From Felis catus (Eukaryota), in assembly GCF_018350175.1 (NCBI RefSeq), contig NC_058368.1, forward strand, positions 54,624,001 to 54,688,000: a stretch of DNA of 64,000 nt, read 5' to 3'. The translations under genes were made by a program, and so were the position numbers. Below are positions 12,232 through 24,102 of this stretch, in pieces. The notes below the pieces were generated by a model that had not been told where the DNA came from, did not search any database, and was given only the letters and a program-made list of their open reading frames with translations. Numbering within the stretch: position 1 is the stretch's first letter; each line of letters begins with the position of its first letter.

Positions 12232-14010
12232 TTTATTTCTCAGCTTTACTAAGGTATAACTGAAAAGTGTAAACATTTAAAATGGGCAACATGACAATTT
12301 GTATGCGTATACATTGTATAAGGATTCCTACCTTTCCATTAATTAACATAATCATTGCCTCATATTTTTACCTTTTTTTTGGTGTATGTGAAAGCAAACA
12401 CTACTGTCTTGGCAAATTTCAGTTACACAACGCAGTATTATCACTATAGTCACCATGTTAAACATTAAACCCTCAGATCTATTTATCTCATAACTGAAAG
12501 TCTGTACCCTTTTATCAATACTCCCTATACCCGTCTCCCCTGGCCATCCCTGGGCAACCACTTTTCTACTCTGTTTCTATGAGGTATTTTCCCCTTTTCT
12601 CTTCTTTCCTTTTTCTTTTCTTTTCTTTTCTTTTCTTTTCTTTCTTTTTCTTTCTTTTTTTTTTTTCCTTCTCCTAAGATTCTGCATGTAAGTGATACCA
12701 TGCAGTATTTGTCTTTCTCTGTCTGGCATATTTCACAAAATGCCCTCCAGATTCACCCATGTTGTCACAAATGTTTTCTTAAGGCTGAATTATTTATATA
12801 TATATATATAAATATAATATATATATAAATTATATATATAAATATATATATTTATATATAAATATAATATATATAAATATAAATATATATAAATATAGAT
12901 ATATATCTATCTATCATTGGATAAATGGATACAGAAAATATATTTTATATCATATATATATATTTTATATCATATATATTATATATATATATTATAAATA
13001 TAGATATATAATATATATAATATATATAATATATAAATATAGATATATATATAGATATATATATCTATCATTGGATAAATGGATACAGAAAATATATTTT
13101 ATATCATATATATATATGATATAAAATATATTTTCTGTATCCATTTATCCAATTTTTTCGTTACTTACATTTTTTCGTTACTTTGGCTATTGTGAATAAT
13201 GCTGCAATAAATATTGTACAATATCTCTGAGTTTCAGCTTCCTATGGGTATACACCCAGAAGTGGGATCTCTGGATCATTTGGTAGTTCTAGTTTTAATT
13301 TCTTGTAAACTTCTATAATGTTTTTCATAGTGGTTGTACCAGCTTACATTCTCACCAACAATACACAAGAGTTCTGTTTTTTCCACATCCTTGCCAGCAT
13401 TTGTTATCTCTTGCATTTTTGATAAGACCTTCTAATAGGTGTGAGGTGATATCTCCTTGTTTTGATTTGCATTTCCCTGATGACTTAGAAATGTTGAGTA
13501 ACTTTCCATGTACCTGCTGGTCATTTGTATGTCTTCTTTGAAAAAATGACTATTCATGTCGTATGCACATTTATTAATCAAGTTATCTATTTTTTTAAAA
13601 AAATACTGAATTGTATGAATTCTTTGTATATTTTGGATATTAACCCCTCATCAAATAGGTGGTTTGTAATTTTTTCTTCTATTCCACACACTTTCATTTT
13701 GCTGATTGCTTCCTCAGGTGGGAACCTTAAAGACTGAGGTCCTAGATGTGCAGTCTAAACACTGTACCCCTCAGGGAGAAGCTGGGAGTTGGGGGTTCCC
13801 TCCTGATTGTGTGGCTCTGTGTCAGAGTTTACGGTGAGAGTGTGTCTCAGCCTTTCTTACATAATCTGATAAAGGTTATTTTCTCTGTAGCCCCACATGT
13901 AGGAGTCACCCATCCAGTTTCTGGACTTCTCTCATGGGGAACCTCTCTGTGTGTGGTGTACATTTGCCGTAGGAGGAGCCTCCAATGTGACCATCTTTGA
14001 CTTCATCTCT
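12232..14010 (-). mobile_element. Old L1 (L1MA-like) with ~300 bp of 5' end joined directly to the ORF2 C-terminus and 3' UTR
   Basis: 12232-13714 is L1 3'UTR/ORF2 end (atgcagtatttgtctttctctgtctggc, ttggctattgtgaataatgctgcaata). 13715-14010 resembles an L1 5' terminus (sense strand begins near aagatggtcacattggaggctcc). Possible TSD ataaatatatttt/ataaatacattct. Confidence 0.75.
12790..13153. repeat. Complex (TA)n array containing a perfect 84-bp palindrome (13070-13153) and a duplicated palindrome arm
   Basis: Read directly; base-by-base symmetry checked. Confidence 0.95.
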
Positions 14011-14171
14011 GCAATAAATACATTCTTTAAATCTCAGTAATAAAAACCTCTTGAATACCTTTCAAATGATAGTTGACTTATCTAGCAATAGAGACAGTAG
14101 ACTTGATCAGTGCTGATTTTATTTTTAATTTGGGGCTGGTGTTTCAACTTCAGTCATTTTTTTCTAGCGTT

Positions 14172-14598
14172 TGTTGAGGGATTTGATTTCACCTACTTAC
14201 AAGGTAAGCAGCTATCCTCTCACTGTTTCATGGATGCTGGCAGAAGATGAAGGCTCCTGGGACAAAGACAAAGTGGTTTCTTATCCCTAGAAAAGGAAGT
14301 AGCAGGAGCATCAGCCTGCACTCACCTCCCTGCACCCCCAGCCCCACAAGGGTAATATAACTTGGGCCTGAATGGAAGCCTGCACATCCCAGGGTTTATG
14401 TTGCAGGGGAGAAACATTGAACTTCAGGAATCTGCTGTTTTATAACAAGCCTGCTTTTTGTCCTGGAGGCAAATTGATTGATGTAAATACAAAACTGACA
14501 GAAGTCCGGAGAATGAATGGTTGGGGGCATGCCTTGTTGGCATACCAACAAGAAAAGCAGGAGCAAAACAGTCCCATGGAGGACTATGTCTTCCAAAA
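14172..14598 (-). mobile_element. Solo LTR, LTR40-like (ERVL)
   Basis: actgtttcatggatgctggcagaaga...ctcctgggacaaagacaaag ... gtcccatggaggactatgtcttccaaaa matches the recalled reverse complement of an LTR40-type consensus; subfamily name uncertain. Confidence 0.65.
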
Positions 14599-15615
14599 GT
14601 GTTTATACCTGGTTCTATAACAATGTTATATATACATGTATATTTTTAGCCCCACATCTCAAAGCAGGAATAATAACCTAACATACACACATACAAACAA
14701 ATACATGTGTCCTATTTCCACATCCCTGTTCTTTCCACTACCTTATTATTTTACTGATTAGGTTGAGATACTGAGACAGCTGTACAAACTCATACAGGTT
14801 TAGAGAACTTATTCAAACAGGCATATCTGATTTCCAATCCAAACTGTTTCAGTTTTCCAATATAGCATATCACTTATACTTGATATGAAAGACATAAAAG
14901 TAATTGGCCATATTCTTTAGGTTACAAGTGCTACTAATCAAAGTTTCAAGAACAGAGAGCTTCATTGAGGGGTAAGTAGGCAACCTATAAAAAAGATATG
15001 CTGATCGGAATAAAATAGCCACAAACAACTAAATAAGTGAAGAAAGTGGCGTAATGGAGAATGAAGGGTTGGAATCTAAAAGTAAATACAGAGAAATTTC
15101 ATTGTGATGTAACGTAAGAATGCAGAAAATAGAAGAATTTGGAAAATGCAAAAAATGATGTATGTGAATGGTGAATGTTTTAAATAAGAAATAATACTGC
15201 ATGCATAAAACATTGTGATTCATTTTAGATATCTCTTCTTGTATAGATATCGCTATGTTTGCTCTGAGTTGCAAGGGACAGTGCCTCCCCCAGAGCAGGG
15301 CAGGGAAAGCGAAACCACTGTGACTCCTACTCATCATGTAGGTCAGCAAACCATTTTGCAGCCAATTTACAAAGACCTGCTGGCAAAATGTTAGCAGGAT
15401 ACCATGTTAGACAAAAACACCAACAGTGGTTTATATTACTAATAGCTGTGAATGTCTTAATACTTTATTATATATATTTCTCATTTGATACATTTTCTTC
15501 CTCACACTCTTACACATAGATATCATCTAAAGGCTATTCATATATGTATTACTTCAAATGACTGCTGGGAATGGATATGAAGTCCAAACTATAATTACCC
15601 ACATGCAACCTTCTT

Positions 15616-15658
15616 TTTTCCCTTTAAGTTATTTATGTGGTATGTATGTATGTATGTA

Positions 15659-15715
<57 letters not shown>

Positions 15716-15876
15716 CATAACTAGGGAAGGGCAAGAGAAAGGGTAAGAAAGAATCCCAAGCAGGTTCTGCATTGCCAGTGTGGAGCCAGTTGTGGGGCTG
15801 GAACCCACTAACCACAAGATCATGACCTGAACTGAAATCAAGAGTCACTTAACCCACTGAGCCACCAGGCGCCCCC
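15616..15876 (-). mobile_element. CAN-SINE
   Basis: (GA)n and body; 15-bp TSD acatgcaaccttctt. Confidence 0.95.
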
Positions 15877-15922
15877 TACATGCAACCTTCTTAATGCATC
15901 TATGAGGACATATTCTGCCTTC

Positions 15923-16296
15923 TGTGACAGCTAATTTTATGCATCGAGTTGAGGGTGCTTTTCGATGAGATTAACATTGAAATCAGTGAACTCTGAGTAA
16001 AACAGATTGCTCTCCATTATGTGAATGGGCCTTATTCAATCAGTTGAAGTTTTTGATAGAACAAAAATACCATCTTTCCAGAACAAGAAGGAATTCTCTA
16101 GCAGAGTGTCTTCAAACTTCATCTGCACCATTGGCTTTCCTGAGTCTCCAGCTGGCTGGCTCACACTGCAGATTTTGGACATTCCAGCATCCATAATCGC
16201 TCAATATATATGCACACAGATAGATGTAGATATAGATAAACAGATATAGATATAGATCTCCTATTGGTTCTGTTTTCTGCAGAACTGACTAATCCA
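15923..16296 (+). mobile_element. Solo LTR, MLT2 family (ERVL)
   Basis: tgtgacagctaattttatg start, gatgagattaacattgaaatcagtgaactctgagtaaaacagattg, end ctcctattggttctgtttt...gactaatcca. Confidence 0.88.
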
Positions 16297-16561
16297 CCTC
16301 ACTTTTTCAAATTTATGTATTATGTTTTAGCAACCATAACTATCTTGCATTGTCAGAGTTCTCACTAATGAGGTTAAGCTGAAGATAAACCAGGCTGTAT
16401 CTGTTCTGTTTCAAAGAATATGACTTTTTTACAGTAAAAATTTTATTATTAAAAACTCTACACTTTCCATGTACGGATTATAAATTGTAAACTCTTTGAT
16501 TTGGTCCTGGCTAGGAAAATTGTAGATGAAGCTAGACACTTTATCCTATAGTAACAATTTT

Positions 16562-16800
16562 TAAAAATTTTATTAATTAATTAATTAATTAATTAATTTT
16601 GAGAGAGAGAGAGGAGGAGAGAGAGAGAGAGAGAGAGAAAGTGAGTGGGGGAGGGGCACAGAAAGAGGGAGAGAGAGAGAATCACAAGCAGGCTCTGCAC
16701 TGTCAACATGGAGCTAGATGTGGCCCAAAGTCATAGGCCGTGAGATCATGACCTGAGCCCAAGTCAGATTCTTAACCCACTGAGCTGCCCAGATGCCCCC
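16562..16800 (-). mobile_element. CAN-SINE
   Basis: (TTAA)n tail, (GA)n, body; TSD tatagtaacaattttt/tacagtaaccattttt. Confidence 0.93.
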
Positions 16801-17386
16801 TACAGTAACCATTTTTAGTGACTAAATATAGTTAGATGGAAGAATATGGACAGAGAAGCAGTGGGAAAAGAAAATCGTTTTTGCATCTATAAAATGGACT
16901 TGATAATACATAATTCATAGAGCTGTTCAGTGTATTAATTTATATAAGGAATAGAAATATACATTGAAAACTTTATATAAATATTAAAATTTGAGGATAG
17001 GGCCTTTAATTTGAATTTTATAATATTAAGAGTATTGATTTTCTATTATCTGTCTTGCTTTATTCTAGAAGCTGGAGATATAGCAATGAATGAAACAAAC
17101 TCCCCACGCCAATTTGCACATGTTTACAATAATACTTTAAAATGTTTATATACAGATAATTAGGTAGGAGGAGGGGCCAAGATGGTGGAACAGCATGGAA
17201 GTTTTCTGTGTGTCTTGCGTCCATGAAATACAGCCAGACCAACACTAAACCATCCTACACACCTAGAAAACTAATTGGAGGATTAACACAACAATCTGCA
17301 CAACCTGAACCACAGAATTCAGCAGCTACATGGTGCAGAGAGGTGAAATGGGGGAGAGAGAAGCCGTGGGAAGGGAGGTGCTTTTG

Positions 17387-18616
17387 ATACTACCCAAAGC
17401 AATCTACATGTTCAATGCAATCCCTATCAAAATAACATCAGCATTCTTCACAGAGCTAGAATAAATAATCCTAAAATTTGTATGGAACCAGAAAAGACCC
17501 TGAATAGCCAAAGCAATCTGGAAAAAGAAAACCAAAGCAGGAGTCATCACAATCCCAGACTTCAACCTATACCACAAAGTTGTAATCATCAAGACAGTTC
17601 TTGTGACAGGTGCTGGCACAAGAACAGACACTCAGATCAATGGAACAGAATAGAGAACTCAGAAATGGACCCACAAACGTATGGCCAACTCATCTTTGAC
17701 AAAGCAGGAAAGAATATCCCATGGAATAAAGACAGTCTCTTCAGCAAGTGGTGCTGGGAAAACTGGACAGCAACATGCAGAAGAATGAACCTGGACCACT
17801 TTCTTACACCATATACAAAAATAAACTCAAAATGGATGAAAGACCTCAATGTAAGACAGGAAGCCATCAAAATCCTCGAGGAGAAAGCAGGCAAAAACCT
17901 CTTTGATCTTGGCCACAGCAACTTCTTACTCAACACGTCTCCAGAGGCAAGGGAAACAAAAGCAAAAATGAACTACTGGGACCTCATCAAAATAAAAAGC
18001 TTCTGCACAGTGAAGGAAACAATCAGCAGAACTAAAAGGCAACCGCCAGAATGGGAGAAGATATTTGCAAATGACATAGCAGATAAAGTGTTAGTATCCA
18101 AAATCTACAAAGAACTTATCAAACTCAACACCCAAAAAACAAATAATCCAGTGAAGAAATGGGTAAAAGACATGAATAGACGCTTCTCCAAAGAAGACAT
18201 CTAGATGGCCAACTGACACATGAAAAAATGCTCAACATCACTCATCATCAGGGAAATACAAATCAAAACCACAATGAGATACCACCTTACACCTGTCAGA
18301 ATGGCTAACATTAACAACTCAGGCAACAACAGATGTTGGCAAGGATGTGGAGAAAGAGGATCTCTTTTGCATTGTTGGTGGGAATGCAAGCTGATGCAGC
18401 CACTCTGGAAAACGGTATGGAGATTCCTCAAAAAACTAAAAATAGAACAACCCTACGACCCAGCAATTACGCTACTAGACATTTATGCAAGGGATACAGG
18501 TGTGCTGTTTCAAAGGGACACATGCACCCTTATGTTTATAGCAGCACTATCAATAATAGCCAAAGTATGGAAAGAGCCCAGATGTCCATCGATGGATGAA
18601 TGGATAAAGAAGAAGT

Positions 18617-18670
<54 letters not shown>

Positions 18671-18770
18671 CAATGGAGTATTACTTGGCAATCAAAAAGA
18701 ATGAAATCTTGCCATTTGCAACTACATGGATGGAACTGGAGGGTATTATGCTAAGTGAAATTAGCCAGTC
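17387..18770 (+). pseudogene. L1 ORF2 C-terminal remnant (post-RT and CCHC region), frameshifted with stops
   Basis: ORFs 17482-18204 and 18220-18801 contain [67 protein letters not shown]. Confidence 0.95.
18619..18666. repeat. (TA)24 microsatellite within L1 ORF2 KWYIYTMEYY motif
   Basis: aagaagtgg(ta)24catacaatggagtatta. Confidence 0.97.
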
Positions 18771-19300
18771 AGACAAATACCAGGTGACTTCACACACATG
18801 AGGACTTTAAGAGACAAAAAAGATGATAATAAGGGAAGGGAAACAAAAATAGTATAAAAACAGGGAGGGGGACAAAACAGAAGAGACTTATAACTATGGA
18901 GAACAAACTGAGGGTTACTGGAGGGTTTGTGGGAGGGGGGATGGGCTAAATGGGTAAGGGGCACTAAGGAATCTACTCCTGAAATCATTGTTTCACTATA
19001 TGTTGACTAATTTGAATGTAAATTTTAAAAAATGTTTTAAAAATGTTTATATATAAATAAATAAATATACATGTACTTTGTTTTGCATATTTTCTGGCAC
19101 CAAAAAGCAGCTTCATAAAAGTTACTTTTATTTGTATGTATGGGAGAAAGCAGAACATAAAACCAGTTACTTGCGAGAAACCTAACTTGACTTTTATAAA
19201 TTTCCATAAATAATTAAAGATTCCAGTTTGGTTTAATTATCTTCTCTATTCCAGTCATGAGAGTACAGTATGTAGCCATCCTCTTTAAAATGTGGATGGA

Positions 19301-19529
19301 GGGGTGCCTGGGTGGCGCAGTCGGTTAAGCGTCCGACTTCAGCCAGGTCACGATCTCGCAGTCCGTGAGTTCGAGCCCCGCATCGGGCTCTGGGCTGATG
19401 GCTCAGAGCCTGGAGCCTGTTTCCGATTCTGTGTCTCCCTCTCTCTCTGCCCCTCCCCCGTTCATGCTCTGTCTCTCTCTGTCCCAAAAATAAATAAACG
19501 TTGAAAAAAAAATTTAAAATAAAATAAAA
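19301..19529 (+). mobile_element. Young CAN-SINE
   Basis: gggtggcgcagtcggttaagcgtccgacttcagccaggtcacgatctcgc; perfect 15-bp TSD taaaatgtggatgga (19286-19300, 19530-19544). Confidence 0.97.
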
Positions 19530-19668
19530 TAAAATGTGGATGGAATAAAACAGCCACACATCTTCATTGCCAACTTTTTTTTTTCTTTAAAAGTTAGGCT
19601 TGGATAACTGCAGAATTAAATTCAGAAGGTATATTTATAGGGCTATTAGTTTTGGTGTGCGGTATCAC

Positions 19669-19844
19669 CAATGCTGTGCTGGTAAATGTTCAACAGCTGT
19701 GCTTTGAAGCTGATTTAAAGCTGTTTGCCAATATCTGTGGTGTAAATACTCAAACCATGGCCAATTTCAAGCAATAAATGTTCCATTGCTGAATGTGGAA
19801 TTGGCTCATGAGGAGCTACATGAGCTGGCTCCAGAACACCACTC
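19669..19844. mobile_element. MER63-like hAT DNA transposon (non-autonomous)
   Basis: gtgctggtaaatgtt start, ggtgtaaatactc..accatggccaatttcaagc core, gagctggctccagaacaccact end. Confidence 0.8.
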
Positions 19845-22095
19845 ACTTCTCCTTCTGTCTCAAGGTCAGCATAAGTACACACATAGATGGAGTCACACAA
19901 ATGTGTATTAAAGCAAGCTGAATATATTCTTTGCAGTGCATATATTGTTAGGCATGGTTTCCTTTTGGGAATTCATTGATTATCATTAGTTTAATAACTT
20001 CTCAAATCCCCTATATTCCACATATAAAAATTACTCTTTCTGGTACCAAATACAGGCATCAACTCAGAACTAGAACTTAAGGGATATTAGAAAAAAGTAC
20101 AAATGAGAGATAGGGCCAAGGACAAGTATATTTGTCTTTGCAGAAAGGATTCTGAAAATGCAGAGTGTGAAACAACACGTGTGAAAAGATCTGAGCCTGG
20201 ATATCTTTGGAAAAAATGTTGAAAACCTGTCATTTTTGTTTAATATTGTAATATAAAACAGTGCTAAAAATATAAAATTCTGCTATGGAAAAATATATAA
20301 ATGCATATCTCCAAATTAGTAAATTTTCATAAGAGTTATCATCAATCATATGTGCTCTTTTCAGGAAATAATTAGATTATCTCATGAAAAGTGAGTAGGA
20401 AAGTCGTATTTCTGCTACAGTCAGTATCTGCCAACCCTCACATATTATACATGATTATACTGAACTTGGGATATTTTAGGACAACAGAGAATAATTAAAA
20501 TTTGGAGTTTCAAGGGAGTGAAGCAAAAATCACTAATTTGTGAGTTTTATTGGAAGTTCACTTTATAATCCCAAGTTCATTTAAATCTGAATATCCTCAT
20601 GCCCTTGAATCAAATTCAGAGGCAAGAAACCTTGCAATCTACAGGGTAAAATCTCTCTGGATACAATCCCAGAGGACACACTGTATTCTAATTATCTCTT
20701 TTCTGTTGGAATTTAATTTTACTCTGCCTTAGATGACAGCTATAAATGAAAGAACAATTACATTTTTTAAAAGAAAAGTCATAGAGGCTGACATTTGATT
20801 TAGAGTCATTGAGAATTAATAAAACTCACTTTGTGATAATATGCCTCCTTTGAAAACTAGTAAATTGACCAATAGCAGGTCCCCAGTGTAATTTGTGGAT
20901 TCAATTTTATTGACACTCCAGGGGAAACGTTAATAGGCATACAGACATTATAATTGTTAGCTCCCACTATTTTATAACTACAATTTTAATAGAAATAATA
21001 TAAAGGAAGACAGTATTACTTATAACAAACCTATGGCCTGCTCTATTTCCATTCTTTTTTCAATGTTTGGATTGTCATAGGATGTCTGGGAATTTGGTAT
21101 TTTAAAAGACCTGAGGTAGAACTATTCTAGCATTAATTTTAGCAGTCAAGTTAAGGTAAATGTTTTATGGGAACCACAGCTGTTCCAAGAATGGGTAGAA
21201 TGAGATTTCAGTGTCTGAAGCTGTGCATAAACCAGCCTTGAGACTCATAAACTCTCTATAAATGTATAGGCAGTCTCTGAACCTTGGACTACTATCTTTA
21301 TATTAACAACTCTTCTATTTACTATGATAAATTAAGTTTGGCTTAATAAAACTTTGTTGAGCACATTTTTTGTGCTAGGATGCTCAGTAGGCAACATATT
21401 TGAAGGAATATAATATAGATGTACATACAGTAGTAAATTTTCTTACACTTAATGATAATATAAAAGATGCAGAGTAGAGATAACACAGAAGATGAGATGA
21501 TTAAGTGTACGTGTGTGTGTATGTGTCAGTATATGTATGCGCCCATGTGTTCAGATGCAGAAGAGGAAACTCCAGATAAGTCTTTCGATGGGAAAATAAT
21601 TGCACCAAACTTTGGTAAGGGTCGGGGGGGGTGGTGGAGGAGAGGGCATACATTATTCTATAAAATACCTCATGGAGCCCTTTGCCTTCTTTATGATATG
21701 TTTTGCCCTTCCCTTGTCTGCAAGGTTACCCTTGGTGTTATTTTACATCTGTTAATTGGGGTTTTGGTGGCTAAAATAATTCCATCTGCATAATCTTATT
21801 GAAAGTTTTGAGGATCTTAGGCCAAAAGAAAAACAAATTCATAAAATCAGGTAACCTTCCTCCCCCTAAAAGCAAAATAGGTAACTATTTTTTTCAGACA
21901 TAGCTGCACAGTCATTTTTAAAGACAGAATTAGGAATTTGAGAAATCAAAACATATGCTGTATAAGAACAGTGGTGGAGACTATGGAGTGGACATTTTGT
22001 AGGCAGAATATCCGTATTTTTCTCCACGAGTTAAACATCACATTATGTAGTGAGTTTAGAATGTTTTCATTAGTGACAAATAATCCTACAAAGAA

Positions 22096-22335
22096 TAATA
22101 ATAGCTAACATTTATCATGAGCTTACCATGTGCCAGGCATTGTTCAAAGCTATTCATACGTTAACTTCTTGAAGCCTCATGGCAGCCCTTTGGATATGTA
22201 TTACAATTATTCTATTTCCCTATTTGTAGAGAAAAAAATAAAACATAGAGAGGCGAAGCAATTTGCCCCAGGATCTACAGGTAATACATAGCAGAGTCCA
22301 AAACCCAAACTCACAAATTAACCACTCTGCTATTA
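22096..22335 (-). mobile_element. MIR SINE
   Basis: aataatagctaacatttat..gagcttaccatgtgccaggcattgtt ... gaggcgaagcaatttgcccca ... ttaaccactctgcta. Confidence 0.85.
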
Positions 22336-22434
22336 TATGTTTCATGATCATCTCCACAAATGTATTTGTCTTTTCTGTTGCAGTTCTGAGAGTGAAAAAT
22401 TGACTCTAGGAACACAGTTACCAGCCCCAATTTA

Positions 22435-22647
22435 TTTATTTTTTTAAACGTTTATTTATTTTTGAGACAGAGAGAGACAGAGCATGAATGGGGGAGGGTC
22501 AGAGAGAGGGAGACACAGAATCTGAAACAGGCTCCAGGCTCTGAGCTGTCAGCACAGAGCCCGACACGGGGTTCGAACTCACGGACCACGAGATCATGAC
22601 CTGAGCCGAAGTTGGCCGCTTAACTGACTGAGGCACCCAGGCACCCC
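22435..22647 (-). mobile_element. Young CAN-SINE
   Basis: Perfect 15-bp TSD accagccccaattta (22420-22434, 22648-22662). Confidence 0.97.
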
Positions 22648-22869
22648 ACCAGCCCCAATTTAAATACACTTGCAAAAATAAAAAAGTTGTTTACCTTTAA
22701 ATTGCAATACATCCAACATTTTTAGGCAAATAGAAATTAAAGTACAACCAGCACAGATGTGTCTGCTTCCTTAACACTTGTATAACCAGTCTTTGCCTGT
22801 CATGTAGAAGGTGGTTAATAAGTATTTGCTGAATAAATGAAGGAAATGGAGGTCATTTTAATCATAAAT

Positions 22870-23210
22870 TGGTCCATTCACTTACTGGTTATTTTTCCCA
22901 GTGTTTATTGTTCACTGAGTCCCAGAACGGGCTATGTATTGTACTATACACTGAGGATGTAAAAGGTAATATAACTCAAGGGGAGATAGATGTTTTAAAA
23001 ATATGATAAATAATAAAATGGAACTGAATATGTTCTTACCACTGCTTCTCGGAGAAGTATGAGACTTCTGTACAAAAATATTGAGGGTTTTGAGCCAATC
23101 TTTCAATGTTAGAAAGTGTGTTTCAAATAAGTAAGAGTATTGGAGAAAAGGTATACTCCCAGCCAATAGTGATATTTTGTTAAGACCAAGGCTGCATAAA
23201 AGTAAGTGAG
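22870..23210 (-). mobile_element. L2 LINE relic
   Basis: cattcactta...gtttattg..cactgaggatgtaaa and ggagaaaaggtatactcccagcc resemble antisense L2 3' end; approximate. Confidence 0.45.
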
Positions 23211-24102
23211 TTTTACAGAGAACTGTGAAAGTTGAGTCACTGACTGAATCCTAAACAGCATACCAGAAGCATGGAAAAGTTAAAGCAAGTGCCATAGGTA
23301 GTAATTTAAATGTAGCATTTGGGGTTGATATTGATGTAATCTGGAGAATTGTATAGTATTGCATTTCCAATTGCTGAATTTTTTGTTTTGAAACAAAGTA
23401 GAATTTCCCAAAAGGAAAATTAAATTATGAGAATCATTAAAAGCAACATTGAACAACTTGAAATGCTCAGAAGAAATATGAATCATATAGTCAGCCCCAT
23501 GAGATTTCAAGATATGGCATAAATAAAAGATAATATCTTTGTGTATAAGAATATAGACTAAACCTTTTGAGTTGGCCTCTGACAGGTAAATAATAAAACT
23601 ATAGATAACAAACAGGGAGATTTTTCTTTAAGAAATAGTTTTTTTTCCTTCAGATCATCTTGTGTAAAACCTCCACCCAATATGTATTAATGATGCTTCA
23701 TAAATAAGATATACCAGGAGATAAATGAAAACACAAGCTCCTTGTAGAACACGTTTGCCTCATTTTCTCTCCTAGCTAGTTAGCTTTTCTCCTCACCATT
23801 CATCTTCTTCTGTGATTCTAAAGAGAATAATAAAATGCTGTTCTCTAATTAGGGCAGGATTTTAAAATTTGTTTTGAAATGTGTGAACTGCTGACATTTT
23901 CCATTTATATTTAAAGACTATGTGGCAATTACTGAGGCTGTGAGTACGCTCAAAGGTGAACAAATACACCAGAACAAAGCCAGGCAAATTTTAAAAGTCA
24001 TAGCCCCCATTTCTTGGTAATAGATCAATTATATTTTTCAGCAAAAATATTTTCTGCAAGTCTGTCACCCTGCTTATTGTGTTAGTTTAATTCTGCAACA
24101 GC

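Larger units (their letters stand above)
17164..19039 (+). mobile_element. Feline-type L1, internally deleted: ~220 bp 5' UTR fused to ORF2 3' third and 3' UTR
   Basis: 5' end ggaggggccaagatggtggaacagcatggaag; junction gcttttg|atactacccaaagcaatctac at 17386/17387; TSD aaaatgtttatatacagataatta (17139-17162) vs aaaatgtttatatataaataaata (19040-19063), 21/24 identical. Confidence 0.93.

Noticed and set aside
12790..13185. Repeat-spacer-like pattern suggesting a CRISPR-type array
   Set aside because: Mammalian DNA, only two direct copies, spacers are TA microsatellite and the repeat derives from adjacent L1 sequence.
17482..18801. Longest ORFs (240 aa and 193 aa) as a host gene
   Set aside because: They are frameshifted L1 ORF2 C-terminal sequence lacking EN and RT, inside a TSD-bounded L1.
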